Origin: a virus
Strand: one strand, 5' to 3'
DNA length: 64,000 nt
IMG/VR virus record: IMGVR_UViG_3300026473_000477
Location: 15,615 to 79,614 of that record
This document shows positions 38,079-48,990 of this stretch, piece after piece. A program made the translations under genes and the position numbers. Position 1 is the first letter of the stretch, and each line of letters begins with the position of its first letter. Below the pieces are notes generated by a model. The model was not told where the DNA came from and did not search any database. It saw only the letters and a list, made by a program, of their open reading frames with translations.

Positions 38079-39070
38079 ATTATTTCCTTCTCATATAAGA
38101 AAAATCAAAAGCATTCTTTACTTTATCTATTATTGGTGAATTTTTCGACAACGATACGTAACCATATTCAGCTTGAAAAGCTGCTATTGCTAGTTGATTA
38201 AAAAACATATTTGGATGATTTTGCTCCAAATGCTTAGTATATTTACTTGGTAAAATCACCACTCTCAAGTTGAATATTTTAAAGAATCTATAAATAAAGG
38301 AGTAGATATGTAACATCAAGCTCTCCTTATAGCCAATGCTGAAAGCAACAAAATGCTACCAATAGTTGGAAATCCTGACAACCCAATAACTGCTCCTAGT
38401 CCTAATAATAACAGCTTAATTTCCAGTTTATTCATTTTAATTTTCCGTTCCTAAGTTCTTCTATAGAGCAAAAAATACTCTCTAATTCCGATGAAATAGT
38501 ACCTTTGTTCTTGGATAGATCTAATAATAACAAATCTGCTATAATACGTGTAGAAGTATCAGTACGAGTTTGTAAAATTTTTATACAACCTTCTACTATC
38601 TTTTCTTGTTTTATTTTATCTTTTTTCATTAATTTCAATCTCCCTTATTCTATAGTATGTAATTAATTTATCCAATCTCTCTTCTTCATATACACTTAGT
38701 CCTTTAACTTTACAATTTGGATAAATACTAGCATCATATCTTGTGTAAACCATTTCTCCTAATTCTCCACATTTAGCAGCAAATGATAATTTACTATAAG
38801 CAGAATATGTAAACATAGATAGTAATATAATAAGTATAGAAAGAATTATGTTTATAAAAAAGTGATCACAACTATCACAACTATTAAATTTATTAGTATT
38901 TTCACTCATCCTCTTCTCCTTGTACTACAATATCACCATTAATAATATATCCACTGGCTAATAAAAAGCATTTAAAGTCTTCCAATATTTCAGGCAAGGT
39001 TAGGTTATGAGTAGTAAACTCAACTTCTGTCTGATCGTATTGATTGGATGGGTCCATGATTTTGGTAAAT

Positions 39071-39538
39071 TTAAGCATTCTTTTTCCTTAGTATCGCTAA
39101 TTCTTTTCTCATTTCCTCTAATTTTAATTTTATCTCTTCCTTGGTAGGTTCTTTACAAAACAAATCCTTCATTACATTATAAAACTCACCCTTTGTATAA
39201 CTTAAGTATTTGGTTTTCTTATCCATATCTTCTGTGATGATATAAGTTCTTACATAAGTAAAAACTCTCGTAGCACTAAGCATTGTACGGTATTTTTTAT
39301 ATGGGACTATTCCAGCTTTCATTTTAGCCCATGGTTTTAACCAAACAGCAAGTTCAATTCTTTCTAGTAAATTATAGCCATGATCTTTTGCTCTTTGATT
39401 TATACTTCTCCAATCAGTTAAAATATCTTCACTGGTAAATTGACCAAAACCGCAGATCTCAATAATCTCCTTACCATCCTCATCTGGAAATGTTTCAAAT
39501 ATGTACCAGCAAGAATTTGACCACCTACACAAAGACAT
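39071..39538 (-). CDS. Hypothetical protein
   Basis: 155-aa ORF. Confidence 0.55.
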   Translation of the reverse strand: MSLCRWSNSCWYIFETFPDEDGKEIIEICGFGQFTSEDILTDWRSINQRAKDHGYNLLERIELAVWLKPWAKMKAGIVPYKKYRTMLSATRVFTYVRTYIITEDMDKKTKYLSYTKGEFYNVMKDLFCKEPTKEEIKLKLEEMRKELAILRKKNA

Positions 39539-39843
39539 TACTCTACCTTTTCCTTAAAGCAAATATACTTATCAAACTTATAAATATCAACATGCTCTTT
39601 TCCAATTTTATCACAATTTTTCTTATCTGTAAAGTGATAAGCGTATTCTATTGGAGCAGAGTCAATATATAAGTAAAGTACCCAGTATATCACTCAAAAT
39701 CCTGCATATTTCTAATCATTGCATCAATTGTGCTGATCTGAGCTTGGAAAGATAACCGCTGATCTCCAGTCAGATTATCACAGCTTACGTAAAATAAGCA
39801 GTTTAGTTCATGTCTAAGGTTACGTAATTGTGTTAGCGTCATT

Positions 39844-41553
39844 TTATCCCTCACAACTTGCACATTGGTCTTTAGTAAAATCGCTTACTGTACCTTTCAA
39901 TACAGTCTCGCTTCTCAGATAGTATAACCCTTTTAATCCTTTTTGCCAAGCCTCTAAATGAACTTCATTAATATATTTTGCAGAACTTCCAGATGTAAAG
40001 AATAAATTAACACTTTGGCTCTGGTCAATAAACTTCTGTCTTTGGGAAGCTTGGTTAATAATAGCGAACTGGTTGATTTCTCTAGCAGTCTTAAAGATTT
40101 CTTTCTCTTCATCAGAAAGGAAGTTTAATGACTGAACCGAACCTTGAGCTTTAATAATGCTATCCCAGACTTCAGGAGTATTCTTTCCTTTGACTGCTAA
40201 CAATACTTCCAAGTTTTTATTCTTTCTAATAAACACACCCTTAGCCCCTTTTAAAGCATAAGCATTGGAAGTTAAAGGCTCAATAGAAGCCGAATCTCCT
40301 CCACAGATAGAAGCATTGCTTACAGTTGGAGCTAACGCCATTGTATGAGTATTTCTCATTCCAAATCCTTTACACCACTCAGGCTCTCCAAATTCCTTAG
40401 CCATGTTTCTACTGGCTTTGTGCGACTCTTCTTTAATGAAAGAGAAGATCTTAGCATTTAACATCATCGACTGGAAAGAGTCAAAAGGAAGCATTTTTGA
40501 TTGAAGTAAACTATGCCACCCCATAACTCCAAGTCCAAGCATTCGAGATTTTTTAGCAAATCTAATTGCAGCCTCGTAACCTTCAATTCCGTCAGCTTTA
40601 TCAATGAACTCTTGCAACACACCATCAAGAAACCAAGTGGCAAGTTCTGGCAAAGTCATACCATTGGAGAAGACGTAATTTGACCACTCGTCCCATTTAG
40701 CAAGAGCTAAGGATGACAAGCAACAAACAAATGTATGATCTTTGTCAGTGTAAGCTACAATCTCATTACAAATATTACTAGTCTTTACCAATAGGTTGTG
40801 AAATTTATAGCATTCTGGATTCTGATTATTTACGTTATCAGTAAATAAAAGGTAAGGCTCGCCTAACTCTACTCTGGCTTGGAGAATCTTTTTCCAACGC
40901 TCTCTTGCCACTGGATCACCTCCAATGATAGATTGCATATCATTATCAGTCAGAGTAACAGCATTGTGTACGTTATGAACTCGTCTATTAATATCTCCAG
41001 TAGCTTTTCTGATATCAATAAATTCATCAATGTCGCCATGAGAAAACGGTAAATAGAGAGCTGAAGCTCCTCGTCTAGTTGAACCTTGACTTACTGCCAG
41101 TGTTGTAGCATCAATACATTTAGCCCATGGAACAATTCCCTCAGACTTACCATTACCAGAGATTTTAGCTCCTCTAGCTCTGATATCTCCAATGTAAACT
41201 CCAACTCCTCCTCCACCTTTTGAAAGCATGGCAAGTTCGTGTTGCTTTTTGAAAATACCAGAAATTGAATCTTCCAAGTGATTAGAAAAGCAAGAGATTG
41301 GAAATCCTCGACTAGTTCCCATATTTGATAATACTGGAGATGCTCCACCAAGCCAGCCTTTCCAAAACATCTCAAAGAATAGAGGTGCTAACTCAGGCTT
41401 TTTAAGTCTATTGGCAGAGGAAGTGGAAACTCTAGTCCACATGTCTCTCGGAGATTCTCCATCTTGGAAATAACCATTACTTAGTATAGAGTAACTTTCT
41501 TGATTCATCCATTCAGGTGCTAAGTCTTTTTCTTTCAGTTCATCTAATGTCAT
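39844..41553 (-). CDS. nrdA: Ribonucleotide reductase class Ia alpha subunit (no ATP cone)
   Basis: SPVLSN, ISCF, GGGVG, SNICNE, APTVS, DQSQSVNL, GLYY, C-terminal CASC. Confidence 0.95.
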   Translation of the reverse strand: MTLDELKEKDLAPEWMNQESYSILSNGYFQDGESPRDMWTRVSTSSANRLKKPELAPLFFEMFWKGWLGGASPVLSNMGTSRGFPISCFSNHLEDSISGIFKKQHELAMLSKGGGGVGVYIGDIRARGAKISGNGKSEGIVPWAKCIDATTLAVSQGSTRRGASALYLPFSHGDIDEFIDIRKATGDINRRVHNVHNAVTLTDNDMQSIIGGDPVARERWKKILQARVELGEPYLLFTDNVNNQNPECYKFHNLLVKTSNICNEIVAYTDKDHTFVCCLSSLALAKWDEWSNYVFSNGMTLPELATWFLDGVLQEFIDKADGIEGYEAAIRFAKKSRMLGLGVMGWHSLLQSKMLPFDSFQSMMLNAKIFSFIKEESHKASRNMAKEFGEPEWCKGFGMRNTHTMALAPTVSNASICGGDSASIEPLTSNAYALKGAKGVFIRKNKNLEVLLAVKGKNTPEVWDSIIKAQGSVQSLNFLSDEEKEIFKTAREINQFAIINQASQRQKFIDQSQSVNLFFTSGSSAKYINEVHLEAWQKGLKGLYYLRSETVLKGTVSDFTKDQCASCEG

Positions 41554-41555
41554 TG

Positions 41556-42518
41556 TTACTCCCACAATTTATCCCAATTGATATTACCTTTTGAATATGA
41601 TACCTCTCTACCAGCAAAGAAGTCCTGTTGAGTCGATCCCTCAGTCATAACAGTAAACCATTGTAAACCTTCCAATGCCTCTTTGTCAAGGTTTTTCCAG
41701 TTGGACTTTAATCCAAGCTCCTGAAGCTTTAAATTGGCTCTATTGCGAATAAACGTCTTCATTTGATGTAACGTCAATCCTTCGACATCTCCATCTTTAA
41801 AGGCATTTTCCAAGAAAGCATCTTCCAGTTCAATTGTTAGTCTAGCAGCTTCGTAAATGTCTTTTTTAAAATCATCAGTAAATATTTCAGGATTCTCCTT
41901 AATAATTACCCTAAAAAGCTCACATCCAGCTTTTGAATGTAAATCTTCATCCAAGCAAGACCAAGCAATAATTTGTCCCATTCCTTTCATTTTGTTAAAT
42001 CTGCTGAAATTTAAAAGTACAGCAAAGCTTGAAAATAAAGCAACACCTTCATTAAAAGCTGAGAAGATTGCAATAGCTTTAGCTGTTTCTGCCACAGTCT
42101 TAGCTTTGACGTTCATTAGCCTATCAATCTTGGATTTTACTGTTGGCTCATGTAGAAATGCTTGATAGTCGTCTAGTCCCAAGGATTGATCCAAGTAGCT
42201 ATAACCATTGGCGTGAATTGCTTCAAATGATGCGAAAGTCGCAAACATCATTTGTAATTCAGGCTTTTTAACTTGCTTCAAAAGTCTTCCAGACCAGAAA
42301 TCATTTCCAATGAATACTTCAGTTTGAGTGAAGCCTTTTAGAATGGAGCCAATTAAATGTTTTTCTTTTTCTGACAAATTTAATTTCCAGTCATTGATAT
42401 CCGATGCCATCGAGACTTCTGTATGTATCCAGTGGGCTTGATTAGCCTTCATCCAATATTCATGGAATTGAGGATATTCAAACGGCATAAACGCTGCTCT
42501 AGGTTTAAAGATTGACAC
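41556..42518 (-). CDS. nrdB: Ribonucleotide reductase class Ia beta subunit
   Basis: EAIHANGYS, EGVALFSSF, DEDLH, DFFA. Confidence 0.95.
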   Translation of the reverse strand: MSIFKPRAAFMPFEYPQFHEYWMKANQAHWIHTEVSMASDINDWKLNLSEKEKHLIGSILKGFTQTEVFIGNDFWSGRLLKQVKKPELQMMFATFASFEAIHANGYSYLDQSLGLDDYQAFLHEPTVKSKIDRLMNVKAKTVAETAKAIAIFSAFNEGVALFSSFAVLLNFSRFNKMKGMGQIIAWSCLDEDLHSKAGCELFRVIIKENPEIFTDDFKKDIYEAARLTIELEDAFLENAFKDGDVEGLTLHQMKTFIRNRANLKLQELGLKSNWKNLDKEALEGLQWFTVMTEGSTQQDFFAGREVSYSKGNINWDKLWE

Positions 42519-42557
42519 ATTCCTCCTTTTATGTTTTTGGGATAAACTATTATACCA

Positions 42558-42770
42558 TTATTTAAATAATTGTGCAAGAATATTAGGACATTTTATTAAA
42601 GATTTCTTTGGATAAATTACAAACCGATCTTCTCTTTCAATGTAAATTTCCAACATTTCTGTACTTGGAAATTCAAAGAATGTAAAAGATATATTAATAA
42701 CTTGACCAACTTTATAACAGTCTTTATGGAAAATAAAAACATAATCTCCAATAGTTATATTACTCGACAT
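42558..42770 (-). CDS. Divergent mini-protein family member (promoter at 3' end)
   Basis: ITIGDY...KCPNILAQLFK; TTGCAC-N17-TATAAT with extended -10 TG at 42549-42577, upstream of nrdB. Confidence 0.65.
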   Translation of the reverse strand: MSSNITIGDYVFIFHKDCYKVGQVINISFTFFEFPSTEMLEIYIEREDRFVIYPKKSLIKCPNILAQLFK

Positions 42771-42984
42771 CTAATTTCCATAGCTTAATTAATATTGGAT
42801 GAAGTGGAACAAAGCCTTTTATGTAATTATAAAATTCTTCAATTCCCAAAGATGACGGATAAAAATCCTGACTATTGACAAACTTAAAGTAATGATTTAT
42901 ACTATAATTATTAATATTTCTTACAATAATAATCTCACCATCTCTGGGATCAATGAAAACATCACCTTTCTTAATATTTATCAT
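42760..42984 (-). CDS. Mini-protein family member (SD-type tail)
   Basis: IKKGDV...LHPILIKLWKLDV. Confidence 0.85.
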   Translation of the reverse strand: MINIKKGDVFIDPRDGEIIIVRNINNYSINHYFKFVNSQDFYPSSLGIEEFYNYIKGFVPLHPILIKLWKLDVE

Positions 42985-43186
42985 CCAATCTCCAGAGATT
43001 TACTAATATCGGATGGACTTTTCCAATAAACATGTCGTCATAGTAATCAATAGGCAAATTAATATACTGTTTATATTTTTGATCGTAGCACAAAATCGTA
43101 TCGCTGTCTATCGAAACAATATTATCTATACGCACTTCATCAAATAATTCATATAATACAACATCACCAGCTTTTAAATCTATCAC
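42971..43186 (-). CDS. Mini-protein family member (SD-type tail)
   Basis: LKAGDV...GKVHPILVNLWRLDD. Confidence 0.85.
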   Translation of the reverse strand: MIDLKAGDVVLYELFDEVRIDNIVSIDSDTILCYDQKYKQYINLPIDYYDDMFIGKVHPILVNLWRLDDKY

Positions 43187-43623
43187 AAATCCACCCCAAA
43201 ACCTACAGCAATGCGTTTATCTGAAGTTCCCATTACCTGTAACTTAACAGCTCCATAAATTGGAACTAAAGCATTTAAGCCGTATTCTGTCTTTCCTGAT
43301 AGATTAGCCGAATCTTTGATAGCCAGCATTCCAAGAGTAATTCCAGAGCCTTTGGTAATCTTATCAGACTTTACCACTAGTGTTCGATCTTTATCCTCTC
43401 TGGTATTTGTATTTTCATCAATAGTTACAGTAACTTCTTTTGTTCCATCTGGCTTAGTAATTTCCTTTCTTACTTCTCTTTTCTTTTTGTCCTCAACCTT
43501 TACAACTTTTTCAATTTCTACTGTTTTGATCTTTTCTATAACTTGCGGCTTTTGTTGGAGAAGAAATCTGCCAATTAAAAGACCGATAACAAGGCTTACT
43601 GAAACGTACTTTAAATTATTCAT
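43183..43623 (-). CDS. Membrane-anchored protein with C-terminal amphipathic beta strands (spanin-like candidate)
   Basis: N-terminal TM, K/E/V/T-rich stalk, ends RIAVGFGVDL. Confidence 0.5.
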   Translation of the reverse strand: MNNLKYVSVSLVIGLLIGRFLLQQKPQVIEKIKTVEIEKVVKVEDKKKREVRKEITKPDGTKEVTVTIDENTNTREDKDRTLVVKSDKITKGSGITLGMLAIKDSANLSGKTEYGLNALVPIYGAVKLQVMGTSDKRIAVGFGVDL

Positions 43624-43843
43624 CTAATCTCCATAGTTTGACCAGTATTGAGTGAATTTTAACATAATTACTTGACAAAGGAAAGTGACCCAGTCCGATG
43701 TGATCAATACCATTTATATAGCTTGCTTTGTATTTAAATTTATCATTAGAATATAATTCTAATATCTTTTCTATTTGAAGAACTTGCCCATTTATAGGAT
43801 TAATAAAAAAGTAATATTCTCCAACTTTTGGATCATCTCTCAT
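43616..43843 (-). CDS. Mini-protein family member (SD-type tail)
   Basis: PKVGEY...KIHSILVKLWRLDE. Confidence 0.85.
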   Translation of the reverse strand: MRDDPKVGEYYFFINPINGQVLQIEKILELYSNDKFKYKASYINGIDHIGLGHFPLSSNYVKIHSILVKLWRLDE

Positions 43844-44027
43844 TACTTTCCTCGTCAGCCTTTTTAGCCGATTCCATTGAAATTGAAAATGTAAGTGAAA
43901 AGATTACAGAAGCTAATAAACTTAGCAGTAAAGTTGAGAACGGACTCCAGCCACTAGCTTTTCCAATACTTCCAATAATATAGCCGATTAATGTACAACC
44001 AATAAAGATAACAGCAAATCTAATCAT
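43833..44027 (-). CDS. Small two-TM membrane protein
   Basis: Two hydrophobic helices and a charged tail. Confidence 0.55.
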   Translation of the reverse strand: MIRFAVIFIGCTLIGYIIGSIGKASGWSPFSTLLLSLLASVIFSLTFSISMESAKKADEESNER

Positions 44028-44140
44028 CGGTGAACTCCAAACTCTACTGGATGTTTAATATCTGGAGTGTCAGACTTTTTGCCAGTAGTTGAACATGATA
44101 ATAACATACCTAATAAGAAAAGTACAGTAAAAGTTTTCAT
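44024..44140 (-). CDS. 38-aa lipoprotein (not in ORF track)
   Basis: MKTFTVLFLLGMLLSC lipobox; AAGGAG SD; ATGA overlap with the next gene. Confidence 0.7.
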   Translation of the reverse strand: MKTFTVLFLLGMLLSCSTTGKKSDTPDIKHPVEFGVHR

Positions 44141-44544
44141 TTATTCTCCTTTTATTTCTTTAAGTGTTTTCATTAGTTCCTTGTCGCAAGAAACCTTGGC
44201 AAGCCAGTCTTGTGCGTCTAAGTACATCACGCAAGCATTTCTAAGCTTCTCATTTTGATCAATATGTTCCATAAGTGATAAGCTTTGTGCCATCGCAATC
44301 AATTTGATACTCATTTACGGAGGTTGATATTCCTTGGTCTATTTCATGTCCACAGGTCGAAATATTCTTCATTTTTCATCCTCTTGTTTGATTCCACACT
44401 TGGAACAATTATACACTATAGATGTTATTAATACAATAGATTTCCACTCATGCTGGCATTTTTCTTCTTTCTGGTTATTATCTGGAGTGTACCAGTCACT
44501 CCAGTCTTTGTAATATTCATAGCTTAGTATGTGCTTGTAATCTC

Positions 44545-44925
44545 TCATAAACCTGTATAAGTTAAGTAAATTTTCGACACCTTTTTATAATAACTCTGAC
44601 CAAAAGGATTCTTAATCTTTTTAGCTCCAGTTATTCCACTATTATGACAGATAACAAATGTATTGTCAACTTTATGTTTACAAAATGTTTTACTATTGGC
44701 AAGGTTTTCAAGTCCAGCAGTAATGTTAGTTTTCCAGTCAAGTAATTGTAATTTTGAGTATTTGGAAAATTCAGGTCTGATTTGGAATAAGCCAAGCTCG
44801 CCAATAGTTCCAATAGCTTGAGGATTAAAGTTGGATTCAGTTTTGATAACTGCTGCTGCCAAGTGAGGGTCAATGTTGTAATAAGGAGCGATTGTTATCA
44901 GTACGGATATTATTAATTGTTCCAT
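44545..44925 (-). CDS. SLT-type lytic transglycosylase
   Basis: VIKTESNFNPQA, GLFQI, HNSG; TTGACT-N17-TAAACT promoter at 44932-44960. Confidence 0.85.
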   Translation of the reverse strand: MEQLIISVLITIAPYYNIDPHLAAAVIKTESNFNPQAIGTIGELGLFQIRPEFSKYSKLQLLDWKTNITAGLENLANSKTFCKHKVDNTFVICHNSGITGAKKIKNPFGQSYYKKVSKIYLTYTGL

Positions 44926-44978
44926 AAAGTTAGTTTATACTATTATTGGTATAAAGTCAAGTTATACGGAAATTAGCA

Positions 44979-45365
44979 TTATCTTCTTTTCATAAAAGAC
45001 CACACTAATGTCTTTCTATTTATACTATAAGAAGGGTTAAATTTTTTTATATATTTCTCAAAATTTTCAACCGTCTGATTTCCTTTTGATTTATTACAAT
45101 CCCAACAGCAAGGTACACAATTCCCCGGAAGATATCCACCATTATTATTAAATCTATCAATACCAATCACATCCATATCTTTTTTAGTATTACAATAATG
45201 ACAAGGTTGTTTTATTAAATAATTAAATACAGAGAAAGGAATATTGAAAGGTATTTGTTTAAATTTAGCTCTGTTTTTATATGAATCATATTTTTCACCA
45301 ATCTTTATCATGACTTCATATTTTAAACCGAACTGTTTTTCTAAATCTTCTACAAAACTCATCAA
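44979..45365 (-). CDS. HNH-like (His-Me finger) endonuclease
   Basis: PCHYC...GIDR.NN..GY..GNCVPCC..CN..K. Confidence 0.8.
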   Translation of the reverse strand: MMSFVEDLEKQFGLKYEVMIKIGEKYDSYKNRAKFKQIPFNIPFSVFNYLIKQPCHYCNTKKDMDVIGIDRFNNNGGYLPGNCVPCCWDCNKSKGNQTVENFEKYIKKFNPSYSINRKTLVWSFMKRR

Positions 45366-47854
45366 TACCTCAACTTAATTTTATATCTCTCTTCTAGTTT
45401 AGTTAAACTACTTGTCTTATTATAGTCCTCAAAATCCTCAATTGTCAAGACATTTTTGAAAATATTTAAAGTATCAGTTAATCTTTGAAGATAATGCACG
45501 ATATCAATATCAGACTTATCAAAATTTTCCACTAGTTTAAGAAAAGTATTTAGTTCTGTTTTTGGTAATCCTGTTTTCTTATAGTATTGAATTTCTCCAT
45601 CTTTAACAATATTCCGAACACCATCAACCGCATTGTAAAGGTAAATCTTGTTACCTTCTCTAACCTTGGAAATATCTCCAATAGCATCAAGAATATTCGT
45701 TTCGTTTTTTCGAGTTCCGTTTAATAAAGCTTTAGTAACACTTTTCTTGACAGCCCATCGAGATATATCTTTAATATCTAATATTTCTTCAACATACTTT
45801 TGGTAAATTTTATTTAAGTTATCTTTTTTGTAAACTAGAGAATCTACGATATCTTTGATAAATTCAGATAATGCTGGCTCTTTCTTTGAGTCAATAATAC
45901 TGGAACCTTTTAGTTTAATTTTATCGCTACCACTTTCTAACAAAATATAATTCTTAGCCTTTAAAACAATAAACCTATCAAATATTCCATCATCTTCCCA
46001 ATTACAGTACATGATATCATTTAGTTCATTGTGTATATTCTCAATTTCTTTTTCTGTAAATTCTGACTGATCTTTTTTACAAAATGACAAAGCATCAGTA
46101 TCAATATTAACTAATTCAAAATCATGTCTGTTCATTTTACTATAACTAACATTAGTCTTCTGATCGATTTCATCAAAATTCAAAGCATCTTGTTCTTCCT
46201 CATAATCTTGCCAGTAGTGGCGAATATCTCTGCCTGTAGCCCAAATTACAGCTTTCTGAAGTCCAGCTCTACAGTTTCTTGTGATCTGTGCTGCATGCTC
46301 AAAAGAGTTAAAATTTAAACCATTAGTTCCAAGAACACCATAAGAACTGTTAATAAAAATTTTTCCTGCGGCTTGTAAATCATCATAATAGCTATCGTTA
46401 GTTTGTTTAAATAATTTTTTATTTTTTAAGCGATTCTCTGTAAAGTAGCGAACTGTTTTCACAAAAAGATTTTTTGGATCTTTAACTGGATTGTGTATAT
46501 TAAATCTTAATATTGTACTAGGATAATAAGAAGCTGCATCATATTTTAAAACATTTGAATATAGTCCTGGGACTCCATAACTCATACCTCCTGCAACTCT
46601 AGCTGGTTCACTAGCCTTTGGAATGGAATGTCCCTCCTGTAGATATCCTCTGACTAAAACTGAATTAACCCATTTACCGGTTGCTCCTTGCATCATCTCC
46701 TCAAATGGAATTGGTAAAGATTGGCATGTATAAAAGTAAGATGTAATCATCCTAAAATATAAGTTTATTGTATCATCAGAATCATCAATACCATACTTAA
46801 CAATCTTCTCTCTTTCTTCTGGAATATGCCAGTTATCCTTAATTTTAGAAGCATCGTAAAACTGTCTGTCTGGTGAAACAAAACCTTCAACTTCAGCAAT
46901 TGGTTTCAGTCCCCAACTGGGATAGGATTTTCCAACTCCATAATTAACTGCAACAAATAATCCATCTATAATTTGTCTTCCGTATATATGAGACTTTACA
47001 TATTCCCAACTAGTATTCCCATCAACTCTCTTTTGAGAAGATTTACGCTTGAACTGTACTGAGCTAGAATCTCTCCCAAGTCTTAATTCAGTTCCTCGAA
47101 GTTTCGCCACATGATTTAAATAAGGTAAATCGTAACCATAGCCATTCCAAAAGTTAACAATATCAGGATCAATCTCTCTAACCCAATTACACCAATCATC
47201 AATCATTTGTCCTGAATCTTTATAATTATCTAATCTAAAATGTTTTTTTATTTCAACATCACCTTTCCTATATGTATTTGTAATTAGATAAACTTCAGAC
47301 TTTTTATGATGAGTTAAACCTTCAGACTCAATATCAAAAGCTAATACACCTAAATCGCTTGGTTTAATACCTTTATAAAGAGTTATACCCTCAATAAGCA
47401 TCACTTGTTCACGTTCGTTCCAAACCCCATAAGGTTCATGTTTTCGCCATAATTGCATGTATTTAGTAAACTGTTCATAAGTATCAAAAAATCTAATATA
47501 TTTATAAGTTAAATTACCTTCAAGTTTCCGACACTTTAAATCTAGTTGTTGTTTAGCTAATAGCCAGAATCTAGCCTTTCTTACTTCAATAGACCCATCA
47601 ATTTTAAATAATTTAACTTCAGTCTCATCAACCTCAACTGCTACTATTCCCAAGGTTTTATCTTTACCATAAATTAAGTTGTCATGATACTCTAGTTCTT
47701 TTAAAAAAATCTTATATTTATCAGCTAAATCGAATGTATAAGAATCAGAAACAATCTTACCATCTTTTACTTCAAAATTTTCTTTATCTTCATAAATAAA
47801 AGCTCTAAGTTCTTGGTAATCATGATCTGTATCAATTTTCCAAATGTTTGACAT
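45362..47854 (-). CDS. Family B DNA polymerase
   Basis: Exo motifs FDIES and NGYGYDLPY; pol motifs YDAASYYPS, KIFINSSYG, IDTDA, KNY, KLKG. Confidence 0.9.
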   Translation of the reverse strand: MSNIWKIDTDHDYQELRAFIYEDKENFEVKDGKIVSDSYTFDLADKYKIFLKELEYHDNLIYGKDKTLGIVAVEVDETEVKLFKIDGSIEVRKARFWLLAKQQLDLKCRKLEGNLTYKYIRFFDTYEQFTKYMQLWRKHEPYGVWNEREQVMLIEGITLYKGIKPSDLGVLAFDIESEGLTHHKKSEVYLITNTYRKGDVEIKKHFRLDNYKDSGQMIDDWCNWVREIDPDIVNFWNGYGYDLPYLNHVAKLRGTELRLGRDSSSVQFKRKSSQKRVDGNTSWEYVKSHIYGRQIIDGLFVAVNYGVGKSYPSWGLKPIAEVEGFVSPDRQFYDASKIKDNWHIPEEREKIVKYGIDDSDDTINLYFRMITSYFYTCQSLPIPFEEMMQGATGKWVNSVLVRGYLQEGHSIPKASEPARVAGGMSYGVPGLYSNVLKYDAASYYPSTILRFNIHNPVKDPKNLFVKTVRYFTENRLKNKKLFKQTNDSYYDDLQAAGKIFINSSYGVLGTNGLNFNSFEHAAQITRNCRAGLQKAVIWATGRDIRHYWQDYEEEQDALNFDEIDQKTNVSYSKMNRHDFELVNIDTDALSFCKKDQSEFTEKEIENIHNELNDIMYCNWEDDGIFDRFIVLKAKNYILLESGSDKIKLKGSSIIDSKKEPALSEFIKDIVDSLVYKKDNLNKIYQKYVEEILDIKDISRWAVKKSVTKALLNGTRKNETNILDAIGDISKVREGNKIYLYNAVDGVRNIVKDGEIQYYKKTGLPKTELNTFLKLVENFDKSDIDIVHYLQRLTDTLNIFKNVLTIEDFEDYNKTSSLTKLEERYKIKLRY

Positions 47855-48090
47855 TAAACCCTCACAGAATCTTTCAATTGGCAGAGAACATAAAAATTAA
47901 CCATAGCATCTCTTCCAGCTTTTGTCAACTTGGCTGTCTTGAAATACCTCTTGATAATATCATCAACTTCCTGACATCTATACAATACCAGAAAATGCGA
48001 ACATTCATCAATCAAATCCTCATCGGAATAATTTGAACATTTTACTTTTAGCTTTTGGATTAAATATATGCTTTCTGAGTAGTTTATCAT
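47854..48090 (-). CDS. Hypothetical protein
   Basis: 78 aa, TAATG-coupled to the polymerase; TTGATA-N17-TAAAAT at 48100-48128. Confidence 0.55.
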   Translation of the reverse strand: MINYSESIYLIQKLKVKCSNYSDEDLIDECSHFLVLYRCQEVDDIIKRYFKTAKLTKAGRDAMVNFYVLCQLKDSVRV

Positions 48091-48129
48091 ATTGGAAATA
48101 TTTTACCAGATATGAGTAAAATTATCAAG

Positions 48130-48990
48130 TTAAATTATTTCTTTTCTTTTATTTTCCCCATCTCTAATACTTCTCTTGATCTGATAAACATCCTTGCTAT
48201 CAAGCTCATTTGGGGCTAATTGCTCGCATAATTGCCAGATCTTGTCCTCATCTACCCCAGACAATGAAAGTGAGAATACGCATGAATTTAAGCTATTAAT
48301 CCACATTCCTTCTAATCCAGTTGGAGCATTTCTAATGAAGAACTCAACGCTTTCAGGAATTGTCTCTTTATCCTTTCCGTACAATTGTTTAACAGTTTCT
48401 CTGATATCATCAGTTACAGTAATTTGAACGTCACTAATGGCATATTCTCTGATCTTCTCCTCTTCAGTTTTATTTTCCACTGGTAATAGAAAATCTCCCA
48501 ATTGGAAAAATCCATCATCCATTTTTGACATACAGTAAAATCTGGCATAATCTGAACATTGCTCATCAAGCTCAGGAAATAATGACATCAAATAGTCCCA
48601 AGTGTCATCAAATATTTTCTTGTTGGTAATTGTCTTGGCTAGTGGAAAGATTAGCCGATGTTTCTGATTTTCTTGGTTAAAGCTTGGACTTGGTAAACAT
48701 AAAGCACACAGTCCGAGTTTTGCCACTCTTCTTTCAGATTCCAAAATAGACAATCCGTTGTCAATATCAATTCCAATAAAGTCAGCTGAAATGAAGTTAT
48801 CATTGTGGCGTTTTCCAGAGAATATACTTGGACTCCAAGCAAAGCTCGTCACTAGTTCAATTAAGTGATCCTCATTCTCCACAACAACCGTTTCTGGTAA
48901 ATTGGGATAACTGCAAAGCTTGGATAAATCGTTCTTATCTTGCTTGGTTAGCGGAAGATAATTAGCTTGTCTATAGATTGATATCTTCAT
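48130..48990 (-). CDS. Primase-like (AEP/PrimPol-type) protein
   Basis: GIDID, SPS...KHRLIFPL, helical C-terminal domain; lies between helicase and polymerase. Confidence 0.6.
   Translation of the reverse strand: MKISIYRQANYLPLTKQDKNDLSKLCSYPNLPETVVVENEDHLIELVTSFAWSPSIFSGKRHNDNFISADFIGIDIDNGLSILESERRVAKLGLCALCLPSPSFNQENQKHRLIFPLAKTITNKKIFDDTWDYLMSLFPELDEQCSDYARFYCMSKMDDGFFQLGDFLLPVENKTEEEKIREYAISDVQITVTDDIRETVKQLYGKDKETIPESVEFFIRNAPTGLEGMWINSLNSCVFSLSLSGVDEDKIWQLCEQLAPNELDSKDVYQIKRSIRDGENKRKEII

Noticed and set aside
39672-39843. Apparent non-coding gap after nrdA as an ncRNA
   Set aside because: Filled by a 50-aa minus-strand ORF (MTLTQLRNLRHEL...) coupled to another short ORF
39844-47854. 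Introns or inteins in nrdA, nrdB or the polymerase
   Set aside because: All three are continuous, compact ORFs; the adjacent HNH gene is free-standing
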